This document shows, piece by piece, positions 37,132 through 45,964 of a DNA stretch of 64,000 nucleotides (its first letter is position 1; each line of letters starts with the position of its first letter). The translations under genes and the position numbers were made by a program. Origin of the DNA: a virus; IMG/VR virus record IMGVR_UViG_3300033182_000769, positions 64,001-128,000 of that record, one strand, 5' to 3'. The notes under the pieces are model-generated. The model did no database searches, was not told the origin of the DNA, and saw nothing but the letters and a program-made list of their open reading frames with translations.

Positions 37132-38421
37132 ATGAACGACTTTGATAAGTTATTTTCTTTTGGTTATCCATCATTTACTGAAGATCCTAACTTTTATTAT
37201 AACTGTTTAAAAAATTCGCATCCTCGTTTTAGAGAAGAAATTTTTGACATTTACTTTTCTGCTCCTTTTAAATATACATGGAACGGAGTAGATCGTCAAT
37301 ACGGTGATGTAATGGGTGCTCCTTTAAGTGATGCACACATTGAATCGTTACTAAAAATACAAAAAGAATTTGGGATTGAAGTTAGTTTAACATTTAACGA
37401 GACCTATCCTAATAGAGAACTGGTTGAAGATCTTAATATCATGAATCAGTTTGTGGATCATATTGGTAAGTATTACGACATGGGTGTTCGTTCTTGTACC
37501 ATTAGCCATGTTCATATGATGGCAACAAGTGTACTACAACGCAATTTTCCTGAAATGAGATGGAAAAATACTGTTAATCATATTATTACAAAGCCCCAGC
37601 AAGTTGTAGATTATCATACTATTGGCTACGATGTTATTAATCTTGATAGATCGTTGAATCGTGATATGGATATGCTTAATGCTATGCAACCGTTACGAAA
37701 AAAATATCCTAACTTAATTCTTTCGCTACTTGTTACAGAAGGTTGTATGCCTACTTGTCCATTTAAAGTAGAACATGATACAATGAATAAAGAAGTAGGA
37801 TGGAACTACTTTGCTAATCACGGTAACATGACTTGTAAACAATGGAGGCATTCTGTAATTAACGATCTTCCAAGAGTTGGAACTGAAATGATTTGGGGTG
37901 ACTTAGACACTTTTATGGAATACAGAGAAAAAGTTGATTACTTCAAGTTCTCCGGAAGAATGATGAATCTCCCATCTAACTCTACAGATCAAAAAATGTG
38001 TTGGACGAATACAACAGACATTAAAGGCCAACGTTGGAATACTGATTACGCAGATGCTAATGTTCCTATAGAACAAGGCAATACTGTTCTTGTTGCAAAT
38101 TATTTTGAAGAAATTATTAACAACAATCCGGGAGTTATTTCTAACTTTAGTCCTATACGATTTGTTGATAAGGATACACCGTCAAATTTGGAACTTGCTC
38201 CAGACGTTGACAGCAGATCTATATGGACAACAAAGAAAGGAAAATCTCTTAATTTAGTGTTAAAGAATTGTAAAAACGAGTGTTGGGATTGCCATGCCTG
38301 CGAACGTACTTTTAGCTCTGAGTTAGGTGATATTGATACACTTATTGAAGTAAACAGAGATACTGAAATTCTAAGAGGCCATGCTCAACATTTCCAAGGA
38401 ATTAAAATTAATCAGATTTAA
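37132..38421 (+). CDS. Peptidase U32-family-like Fe-S protein (UbiU/TrhP/RlhA-related fold)
   Basis: INLDRSLNRD, LLVTEGCMPTCP, downstream C, FKFSGR and a C-terminal CKNECWDCHAC cluster. Confidence 0.65.
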   Translation: MNDFDKLFSFGYPSFTEDPNFYYNCLKNSHPRFREEIFDIYFSAPFKYTWNGVDRQYGDVMGAPLSDAHIESLLKIQKEFGIEVSLTFNETYPNRELVEDLNIMNQFVDHIGKYYDMGVRSCTISHVHMMATSVLQRNFPEMRWKNTVNHIITKPQQVVDYHTIGYDVINLDRSLNRDMDMLNAMQPLRKKYPNLILSLLVTEGCMPTCPFKVEHDTMNKEVGWNYFANHGNMTCKQWRHSVINDLPRVGTEMIWGDLDTFMEYREKVDYFKFSGRMMNLPSNSTDQKMCWTNTTDIKGQRWNTDYADANVPIEQGNTVLVANYFEEIINNNPGVISNFSPIRFVDKDTPSNLELAPDVDSRSIWTTKKGKSLNLVLKNCKNECWDCHACERTFSSELGDIDTLIEVNRDTEILRGHAQHFQGIKINQI

Positions 38422-39037
38422 TATTTCTTTGCCAGTTTATATTTAAATTGTATCTGGCTTTTTGTTTACAAGGTCTGGAACCTGAATGGTAATATTCTCC
38501 AGGGAATACTAATAATCTATTACGTTTAGGAGGTATAGTTGTTAGTAGTTCGCACTTATTTTTATTTTCTTTATAATATTCCAATGCTTCGTCAGTAGTC
38601 TTTCCAATAGGGCATTTCATATCATATATGTATGTAGGGCCGTCGCTATCATTAAGATACAGTATAGCAGTTGTTGACGCCATGTCTGGTGTATCGACGT
38701 GCGGTTCGAACGGGTCTGAATTAATTGATGTTGTATTTAAATTGGCTTTAAATCGAATTAACTCGTCCATCTTGGTGCCAATTGTATACTCGCAGTGCAA
38801 CAAAAACGGAACAAACTCGTCATAATTTGGACAGGTAAACTTTGGCTCTGCATCTTCTACGTGTCTATAATAAATTAAAGACGAAAACCCTTCGTCCCAC
38901 AATGCTAAATCATCAGAGTACTTTGATCTGTATGTAGTGTCTTTTAAAAAAAACCACGGATAACTATCATCGAGCACCACAGAAGAAACTTGATCAAGTA
39001 TAATTTTAGGTAAAAAGTCGTCTATAATTTTAATCAT
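38408..39037 (-). CDS. 2OG-Fe(II) oxygenase
   Basis: PHVD...LYLNDSDG...YHSG...RYNLNIN; start 39037 overlaps the upstream stop (ATGA). Confidence 0.85.
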   Translation of the reverse strand: MIKIIDDFLPKIILDQVSSVVLDDSYPWFFLKDTTYRSKYSDDLALWDEGFSSLIYYRHVEDAEPKFTCPNYDEFVPFLLHCEYTIGTKMDELIRFKANLNTTSINSDPFEPHVDTPDMASTTAILYLNDSDGPTYIYDMKCPIGKTTDEALEYYKENKNKCELLTTIPPKRNRLLVFPGEYYHSGSRPCKQKARYNLNINWQRNIKSD

Positions 39038-39624
39038 TTTATTATTGCTGCCCATGTCGCTATTACGTATTTGTCATTTGAAAGTGGAGAGTTTCCTCTA
39101 TGTGTATGTGTAAACTCTGCAGGAAACATTAATAATCTTCCTTTCTTTGCTGCTACACGTCTTGGATAATAATGGAATTCTGTTTCACCGCCTTCGTCTA
39201 CATCATTAAGATAAAGTATGAATGCTAAAAAACGATTACTATGTTCAATGTCTCCACGCTCGTGGTGCCATACATGATAGCCGCCTCCGACTGGTGTTTT
39301 TTGCAATCTATATGAATATATTCCATAATTGTGTGCGTGTAATATATCGTATTCATTAAAATATAAATTAACGCAATCAACAACTGCACGGTTAACCTCA
39401 CCTAAAATTCGGCTGTTCATTAACTGTATGCTATCGTCCATTTCATCTTGAAAGAAGTAAGTATCATCTTTTTTCTTAAGACGCTCTACTCCTTCTAACT
39501 CTTGTCTGGAACTTGTTAATGTTGATGCTTTTACGTAATCAAAATGTTTAACAACATCATCACAGAAATCAAGAGGAACTGCATCGTCAAATACACCAAT
39601 AAAATCTTTTATATCTACTTTCAT
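39034..39624 (-). CDS. 2OG-Fe(II) oxygenase, prolyl-4-hydroxylase-like
   Basis: GYHVWHHE, LYLNDVDEGGETEF, THTHRG and KY; TAAGTA-N5-ATG upstream. Confidence 0.9.
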   Translation of the reverse strand: MKVDIKDFIGVFDDAVPLDFCDDVVKHFDYVKASTLTSSRQELEGVERLKKKDDTYFFQDEMDDSIQLMNSRILGEVNRAVVDCVNLYFNEYDILHAHNYGIYSYRLQKTPVGGGYHVWHHERGDIEHSNRFLAFILYLNDVDEGGETEFHYYPRRVAAKKGRLLMFPAEFTHTHRGNSPLSNDKYVIATWAAIIK

Positions 39625-39632
39625 ATTAATAC

Positions 39633-40250
39633 TTACACAAAATTGATGTTCATAATGTATCGTCTTGGATGGAACATAGGGTTGCTTGGTGCGTGAAACC
39701 GAAGCCCGTTAAATGCAACCATTCTACCTAACTTTGGCGTAACACGCTGTTCTACCTTTACATCATACTCAAACTGTTCGGAATTCCAAATCTTATCGAA
39801 TAAAAATGTATCCCCATCACTATCATTGAGATAGTAAATTATTGTTTTATGTTCTTCAAAATTGTCAACATGAATTTCGTTGCAGCAGTTATCGTGCCAT
39901 CCTGGCAAATGATTCTTGGTTTGATTATTAACTTTGACACGCATTACTGCTTCGACTGTATCGCCTGACAATCGTTGATATTCGTCTAATACTGACAACG
40001 CTAATTGATAAAATGTATCATCAAAAATTTTAGATTCTTTAAAATTATTATAGTATACTAATTTAATTAATGAGTCTGATGGGACCTGCACGGTATCTAA
40101 CGGATTAACAGTTAACCCTTTAAAGTATGCCCCAGACGTTGCAACATGATTATAATCAACCCATCCAAAGTTTCCACCTTTTGTATACTCTGAAAACCGT
40201 TGCTCTGTTTGCTTAGGTAAAATGTTATCGTAAATTTGTGTTTCAATCAT
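39633..40250 (-). CDS. 2OG-Fe(II) oxygenase
   Basis: IHVD, YYLNDSDGDT, FHAPSNP and RYIMNINF. Confidence 0.85.
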   Translation of the reverse strand: MIETQIYDNILPKQTEQRFSEYTKGGNFGWVDYNHVATSGAYFKGLTVNPLDTVQVPSDSLIKLVYYNNFKESKIFDDTFYQLALSVLDEYQRLSGDTVEAVMRVKVNNQTKNHLPGWHDNCCNEIHVDNFEEHKTIIYYLNDSDGDTFLFDKIWNSEQFEYDVKVEQRVTPKLGRMVAFNGLRFHAPSNPMFHPRRYIMNINFV

Positions 40251-40725
40251 GGAATTTAAACTCTACTGTTAGTGTTTTAAAAGACTGTACAGGATTTGTG
40301 ATAGCATACAGTCTGTTATCTACATGAATTATAGATCCTTTTTTAGTTTTTATTCTTTCAACTTCGTTGCAACAGTCGTCAAAGAAAATTACTTCACTAT
40401 CATTATCATTAATGATATACAATACTCCATTTAATTTAGTTGGCCGGTTACAGTTAACACTTGTAATATTTGGATTTTGATATTGTAATTTAAATTTTAC
40501 ATTTTGTAATTCAAAAGGACCGATCTCAGTTTTATCCATAACATTATCTAATATATGCCAAACCCATGCAGCAAATATTTGGTCATCTTTGTCAAAAGTT
40601 AATTCATTAACAAACTCAACACTAACTTCTCCTTTAGTGTAGACCCATTTAAATTCTCTCCCGTTTACAGTGTTTTCTAAACGATCCTGTGAGTACGGAT
40701 TAATAATGCTATTAAAAATTTTCAT
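40243..40725 (-). CDS. Degenerate 2OG-Fe(II) oxygenase-fold protein lacking iron ligands
   Basis: Same scaffold as neighbours (LYIINDNDSEVIFF...RIKTKKG) but no HxD, distal His or Arg; ORF intact and translationally coupled. Confidence 0.6.
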   Translation of the reverse strand: MKIFNSIINPYSQDRLENTVNGREFKWVYTKGEVSVEFVNELTFDKDDQIFAAWVWHILDNVMDKTEIGPFELQNVKFKLQYQNPNITSVNCNRPTKLNGVLYIINDNDSEVIFFDDCCNEVERIKTKKGSIIHVDNRLYAITNPVQSFKTLTVEFKFHD

Positions 40726-41330
40726 ACTATATTGATATTCAAAATTATACGTTTGTCGTTTTCTTTAGGACTTTGAGAAGTGTGAAAGTGTAGTCCGTCA
40801 AACAGTACAATTCTGCCTTTCTTTGGTTTAATTCGTTGTTTAATAGTTAAAGGTACCGGCTGCTCAGCATCTTCGCTCCAACGCTCATTAAAAATAACGG
40901 TATCACCGTCTGAATCGTTTACATAATACACCATTACTAAATGTTCATTATACACATCGAGGTGCGGATAATGAATAGCATTATCGTGTGTTGCTCCAGA
41001 TGCAGGATTAGGTGTCAGCATATTTGCTTTAACTCTAATAATACCGTGTAAATCTATATTTTCTTCCTCACAAACATAATCTATAATCATTCGAGACATC
41101 ATGTATGCATCATGAGGATCGTACCATAAACTGTCCATAAACAACGGCTTTGTCATTCCTGACGACTCTATATGTTTATAATTGTCTGGAAATGTGAATT
41201 CGTTTTTAGGTGTTTGTGTACCTAATGATAAATTATCCATTGCAAACCAATAGAAGTTATCAGAAGTTAATCTTTCTTCTAATCTGTCCACTAATGCAGG
41301 AGGTAGTAAATTATCAAAGACCTTAATCAT
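40722..41330 (-). CDS. 2OG-Fe(II) oxygenase
   Basis: PHLD, YYVNDSDGDT, FHTSQSP and RIILNINI. Confidence 0.85.
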   Translation of the reverse strand: MIKVFDNLLPPALVDRLEERLTSDNFYWFAMDNLSLGTQTPKNEFTFPDNYKHIESSGMTKPLFMDSLWYDPHDAYMMSRMIIDYVCEEENIDLHGIIRVKANMLTPNPASGATHDNAIHYPHLDVYNEHLVMVYYVNDSDGDTVIFNERWSEDAEQPVPLTIKQRIKPKKGRIVLFDGLHFHTSQSPKENDKRIILNINIV

Positions 41331-41968
41331 TAATCATCCCATTCTATAGCAAACGAAACAGAAATACGATCTTCTTCGCTGGTTTTATTTACACCAATTT
41401 CGTGATCCATCCAACCCGGCCAAATTAATAAGTCTCCTTCTCCTGGAGCAAATGTATACGACGATAGTAACAGACTCTTTGAAGATTCTGTTTGATTTAG
41501 GTAGTACGCAAATTGATTTGGGTCAGTGAATGTTATATTTCCTGAATATTTAGGCACTGAAATATAATATGTTCCGGCTAATAAATCCGGAGCATGGTGG
41601 TGTCTGCCTTGAAAACCACCAGGAGGATTAATATTAAACCACATTGTTCTTAATCTAATATTACTATGTGAACGGGTCCACGGAGCATTGAGCTCTCTCA
41701 TCTTTTCTATAATATTATTAACATACTCTGTTGATCTTTCTAAAATTAAGTCTTTAAGATGTTTAAAAACATCAACTTCAAATAACTGAGATGTAAAGTC
41801 ATCATAAAAATAAGTTGTAAAGCCAGTATTATAAAAGTTTCCTTGTCCTTTTACCGGAGATTCATTGTAGATGGATTTAATCCAAGTTAGTATCTCATCG
41901 TGGTTAGAAACTTTACTTTCTGTATCCAACAGTATTTTTGGAGAAAACGGTGTAAAATATTCTTTCAT
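41330..41968 (-). CDS. 2OG-Fe(II) oxygenase (TIGR02466-like subfamily)
   Basis: WFNIN..GGFQ.RHHH, GTYY, LLIWP.WM.HE and RISVSF. Confidence 0.85.
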   Translation of the reverse strand: MKEYFTPFSPKILLDTESKVSNHDEILTWIKSIYNESPVKGQGNFYNTGFTTYFYDDFTSQLFEVDVFKHLKDLILERSTEYVNNIIEKMRELNAPWTRSHSNIRLRTMWFNINPPGGFQGRHHHAPDLLAGTYYISVPKYSGNITFTDPNQFAYYLNQTESSKSLLLSSYTFAPGEGDLLIWPGWMDHEIGVNKTSEEDRISVSFAIEWDD

Positions 41969-41969
41969 G

Positions 41970-42560
41970 TTATAATCTTCCTACTGATTCCTTTGTTATT
42001 AAATCTACATTTAATATAGTTCTAACGCCGTTAGTTGGCCGACTGCTACTATGATAGTGTTTTCCATTAAAAATTACACATCTTCCTTTTTTAGGTTTGA
42101 TTGTTTTTTTAATTGTATAATTATCTGATTTTTCTGTTTCGTTATAAATGATAGTATCTCCGTCAGTATCTGTTAGATAATATAAAACAACAGTGTGTCC
42201 AATAGGCAAATCTACGTGAGGATTGTTAACTCTATCATCGTCACTTCCTCTAACTGGAAACTGCAAAAATGCTCGCATCCGTAACATTGTTTCAACTTCG
42301 TCGTCAATATGTTCTAATGCTCTGTACACTATTGGTAAGATATTAAAAAAATCAGGGTGTACACTATCAGGCTTATTTTGTCTATCAAAAATTAACTTAG
42401 CGAACCCGTAGTGATTAACTCTTTTTTCACTTTCCTGTCCGTCGTCAAATGTAATATCTTTTTGAAAATACCATTCGGTATCTCCTCTCATAAAATACCA
42501 AGTAATAAAATCTTGATGCTGCTTAGGTAATAAATCGTCAATAATTACAATATCATCCAT
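41970..42560 (-). CDS. 2OG-Fe(II) oxygenase
   Basis: PHVD, YYLTDTDGDT, YHSSSRP and RTILNV; ATG 42560 has SD AGGTGA. Confidence 0.85.
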   Translation of the reverse strand: MDDIVIIDDLLPKQHQDFITWYFMRGDTEWYFQKDITFDDGQESEKRVNHYGFAKLIFDRQNKPDSVHPDFFNILPIVYRALEHIDDEVETMLRMRAFLQFPVRGSDDDRVNNPHVDLPIGHTVVLYYLTDTDGDTIIYNETEKSDNYTIKKTIKPKKGRCVIFNGKHYHSSSRPTNGVRTILNVDLITKESVGRL

Positions 42561-43152
42561 CGACAAATTCACCTAAAAGATTAAAATTGATAATACATCG
42601 TAACCCATCTTGTGGCTGCTCTGCTGTATGATAAACATCTCCATCAAACACTACACATTTATTTTTTTGTGGAGTAACTCGGATCATTTCTTCAAAATCT
42701 TCAGCCTCTAAATCAAACCGTGCTTCGCCTTCTCTTATATGATCAACTAAAATAGTATCACCGTCCGAGTCCATTACGTAATATAACACAACTAAATGTG
42801 TGTATGGTTGATCTGTGTGTAACGCATCAACTTTGGTATTTGTAAAGTTTTCGTGTAATGGCATCTGTAAAAAAGACCGTGCTTTTTGAATATTATGGTA
42901 TTTGTAATTTATCTTCTTACAGGCCTCATCAATAATAGGTCTTACTAACTCTAAAAAATCGTCATCATTTTTGTTCCACTCGGTATTCACAAAAACGTGC
43001 CCGACTGCCGGTGTGGCTCTTTCATTAGACCCTGTTCCGTAAGTAATGTCCGTGATCAAGTGCCATGGCGCATTATGGAGTAAAACGTCCTCGATTTCAT
43101 CGGCAACGTTTTGATCCAGCAAGTTTTCAATAATCGTTGGTTTTATAATCAT
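42553..43152 (-). CDS. 2OG-Fe(II) oxygenase, first gene of the minus-strand operon
   Basis: LHTD, YYVMDSDGDT, YHTA and RCIINFN; minus-strand TAAATA at 43178-43183. Confidence 0.85.
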   Translation of the reverse strand: MIIKPTIIENLLDQNVADEIEDVLLHNAPWHLITDITYGTGSNERATPAVGHVFVNTEWNKNDDDFLELVRPIIDEACKKINYKYHNIQKARSFLQMPLHENFTNTKVDALHTDQPYTHLVVLYYVMDSDGDTILVDHIREGEARFDLEAEDFEEMIRVTPQKNKCVVFDGDVYHTAEQPQDGLRCIINFNLLGEFVDG

Positions 43153-43177
43153 TATTTTACACGTACTCTTAACAAGG

Positions 43178-43221
43178 TATTTAGTGAGCATTTTTGCAGG
43201 TCTAAGAAATATTGATAAATA
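43178..43221. promoter_or_regulatory. Back-to-back late promoters for the oxygenase operon (-) and the fibre gene (+)
   Basis: TATTTA at 43178-43183 and GATAAATA at 43214-43221. Confidence 0.6.
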
Positions 43222-43247
43222 TAAAAAAGAATTTAGGATTTAAATCT

Positions 43248-45329
43248 ATGGCACTTCCACAGACGTTAACAAATTTACGAATTATCCCAAGAGAGGGTAG
43301 TTTTCTTGATCGAAAAGTAGGATCACGAGGCGAGATTTTTTACGATCAAGATACAAATACATTAAGACTTTACGATAGCATTGTTAAAGGCGGATTTCCT
43401 ATTGTTACGAAATCAAACCTTATTAGAGATCTTGAAAGTGAGAACGTTGCTAACGTAAAATATACTGTAGTAATTGTTAACAATGGTGAAGGAAACAAAT
43501 ATGTTCTTAATAACGAATATTGGCCAGAATTAACATTTGTTGTAGGCTATACTTACACATTTATTCAAGACAATCCTACAAACGTTTATTATCCTAATCC
43601 TAATGGAACTACTAATAATCAACATCCTTTAAACTTTAGTGCTGACCAGTTAAATGGTGAATTAGAGGATGGTACAAGTTATCTTGACGGAGTTACATAT
43701 AGATTAGACGGACTTGAAGTAACACAAGCGGATTATTTTAACGGGTTTGAAATTGCAACACAAAGAAGCGTAAGTATTCATGTTACATCATCAACTCCTA
43801 CTACTCTTTATTACTGGTGTCAAAAGCACCTAAATATGGGTCGGCCTATTACTGTTTCAAATCCCGGAACAGGCGGCGGTGTATTGGATTATAACGAACT
43901 TGAAAACTTACCTACGTTGTTTGATGGAGATTATAACAGTTTAACTAATCTGCCTTCTATTCCAACAAGTATTTTAAACCTTGGAATTAGTGACGGAAGT
44001 AACAATCAAGTATTAACAACAAACGGAAACGGTGTATTTACATTTAAAACCGTAGCCGGTGGCGGTGGTGGTGATATCACTGTTGTTTCAGACGATGGCC
44101 AATTTACTATATCTGGCGGGACAATGACTGTTGTCGGTGGCACAAACATCGACACTGAAGTCGTAACAGGAAGCGGACAATTAACAATTAATCTAACTCC
44201 GTTTGGAATAAACTACTTAACTGATGTTGACACTTCAACAACAGCCCCCGAAGCAGGGCAAGTATTAAAATGGGATGGTGCCAAGTGGGCTCCTGCTACT
44301 GATGCTACTGAAGGCGGTGCAGGTCTCGATGCTCAATTCTTAAACGGTCAGCCGGGCCCATATTATTTAAATTATAATAATTTAACAAATACTCCTTCTA
44401 CATTAACACTTGCAAATTTAAGTGTTGGCAATGAACGTGCAGCAGCAGGCGACGGCGGCATTGAGTACGACAACACAACAGGCGTATTTCGATACACTCC
44501 GCCGGATCTGACAAGTTTTGTAACATCGGGCGAATTAGCGCCAGTTGCTTATACTGGGGACTATGCTAATATATCTAACACTCCTACATACGCAACAGTA
44601 GCAACATCGGGTGCTTACGGTGACTTATCCGGCACTCCTACAATTCCAAGTGCGTTAACTGATTTGGGCATTACTGACGGTACTAACGGTCAAGTATTAA
44701 CAACTAATGGTGCTGGCGGATTTACATTTACAAGTGTATCATCCGGAGGAAACGCATTTACTACTATTAGCATTTCGGGTGCCGACAGCATTTTAGCAGA
44801 TTCAAGTTCAGACACACTAACATTTGCAGCAGGAAGCGGAATTACATTAAGTACTGATGCTAATAACGACACTATTACTATTTCAAGTTCGTCTACCGGC
44901 GCTTCAAACTTTAGTGGGTTGAGTGATGTTACAACAGCAAACACAACTATTGATAAAGTTTACCTACCGGCAATTACACAATTAGTTGTTGTAAACAATG
45001 GTGCTACATCTTATAGATTTGATCAATACGGGTCCGCTAACAATCCGTCAATTTATGCTCTAAGTGGAACTACTATTGCGTTTGATATTGACGGCATTGG
45101 AGCACACCCATTCTTAATTCAAGATGCAATGGGTACTAATTACGATACTGGATTGGTACACGTTACTTCAAACGGTAATGTATCTACTGCGTCAAATGCT
45201 CAAGGTAAAACATCCGGCACGTTGTATTGGAAGATTCCGGGTGATGTATCGGGAACATACAGATACCAGTGTTCACTGCATCCGGCAATGGTTGGATCTA
45301 TTTACGTTAAGAACTTTGGATCTATTTAA
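43248..45329 (+). CDS. Fibre/appendage protein with two cupredoxin-like domains
   Basis: HP...YYWCQKHLNMG and HP...YQCSLHPAMVG; fibre repeats DGxNxQVLTTNG and (S/T)GxYxDLxxTP; ATG 43248 with SD AGGA. Confidence 0.7.
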   Translation: MALPQTLTNLRIIPREGSFLDRKVGSRGEIFYDQDTNTLRLYDSIVKGGFPIVTKSNLIRDLESENVANVKYTVVIVNNGEGNKYVLNNEYWPELTFVVGYTYTFIQDNPTNVYYPNPNGTTNNQHPLNFSADQLNGELEDGTSYLDGVTYRLDGLEVTQADYFNGFEIATQRSVSIHVTSSTPTTLYYWCQKHLNMGRPITVSNPGTGGGVLDYNELENLPTLFDGDYNSLTNLPSIPTSILNLGISDGSNNQVLTTNGNGVFTFKTVAGGGGGDITVVSDDGQFTISGGTMTVVGGTNIDTEVVTGSGQLTINLTPFGINYLTDVDTSTTAPEAGQVLKWDGAKWAPATDATEGGAGLDAQFLNGQPGPYYLNYNNLTNTPSTLTLANLSVGNERAAAGDGGIEYDNTTGVFRYTPPDLTSFVTSGELAPVAYTGDYANISNTPTYATVATSGAYGDLSGTPTIPSALTDLGITDGTNGQVLTTNGAGGFTFTSVSSGGNAFTTISISGADSILADSSSDTLTFAAGSGITLSTDANNDTITISSSSTGASNFSGLSDVTTANTTIDKVYLPAITQLVVVNNGATSYRFDQYGSANNPSIYALSGTTIAFDIDGIGAHPFLIQDAMGTNYDTGLVHVTSNGNVSTASNAQGKTSGTLYWKIPGDVSGTYRYQCSLHPAMVGSIYVKNFGSI

Positions 45330-45583
45330 AGGTAACTGTGAAGTTTTTCTTCTAAGGATTTTCTTGTATCTAAGATGTCATCCTTTAAATCTGCACCGGC
45401 AGTAGGTAGTTTCTTTTCATAAGCCATTTCAACAATTGATTCGTCCAAACGTTTTACTAAAGCAACTAACTTGCCTAACAGCATTTGTGCATCTTCCTGT
45501 TTCTTTCCTTCCATTTTAGCGATAGCAGCATTAAAGCGATCGTAATCTGCCTGGAACCGTGACGACTTAAATAATTTTTGCAT
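45326..45583 (-). CDS. Hypothetical helical protein (85 aa)
   Basis: Clean ORF coupled to the upstream gene, SD GGAG. Confidence 0.7.
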   Translation of the reverse strand: MQKLFKSSRFQADYDRFNAAIAKMEGKKQEDAQMLLGKLVALVKRLDESIVEMAYEKKLPTAGADLKDDILDTRKSLEEKLHSYL

Positions 45584-45953
45584 TTTCTAACTCCAAAATA
45601 GTTTCAATCTTTGTTCTAATTAGATTGTTATTTAACGTAATTCTTAAACCGGTATGTAAATTTCGTGGAAGATTATTTAGCGTACTCCAGCATATTGTGT
45701 CTGATGTAGTAGTTAAGAATTCGTTATTAACCAAACACACGTATGTTCCGTATTCAAACCCCTCATCATCTGATTTATAAAGCTCAATAGGAACAATTCT
45801 TCCTTTTGCGTAATCGTTAAGTAGTTGTTCTGCATCGTCTAACAAGTTACTTGAACGCTCAAACGTTGGAACTGTCCATTTTTGTTCTTCAAGGACCAAT
45901 AATACTCGAGATGTATTTAAAGATAAGAAAAGTAATCCGGCACGTTTTTGCAT
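45567..45953 (-). CDS. Degenerate NUDIX-fold-like protein
   Basis: AGLLF...RVLLV...WTVP and W.....LP..LH flanks typical of NUDIX proteins, but no Nudix box; TAAGTA-N5-ATG. Confidence 0.45.
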   Translation of the reverse strand: MQKRAGLLFLSLNTSRVLLVLEEQKWTVPTFERSSNLLDDAEQLLNDYAKGRIVPIELYKSDDEGFEYGTYVCLVNNEFLTTTSDTICWSTLNNLPRNLHTGLRITLNNNLIRTKIETILELENAKII

Positions 45954-45964
45954 AAACGTACTTA

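Noticed and set aside
34888-43152. Assigning the phage to cyanophages because of the halogenase, oxygenases and CxRD repeats
   Set aside because: No photosynthesis or other cyanobacterial marker is in the window and these families occur in other T4-like phages; the host remains undetermined.
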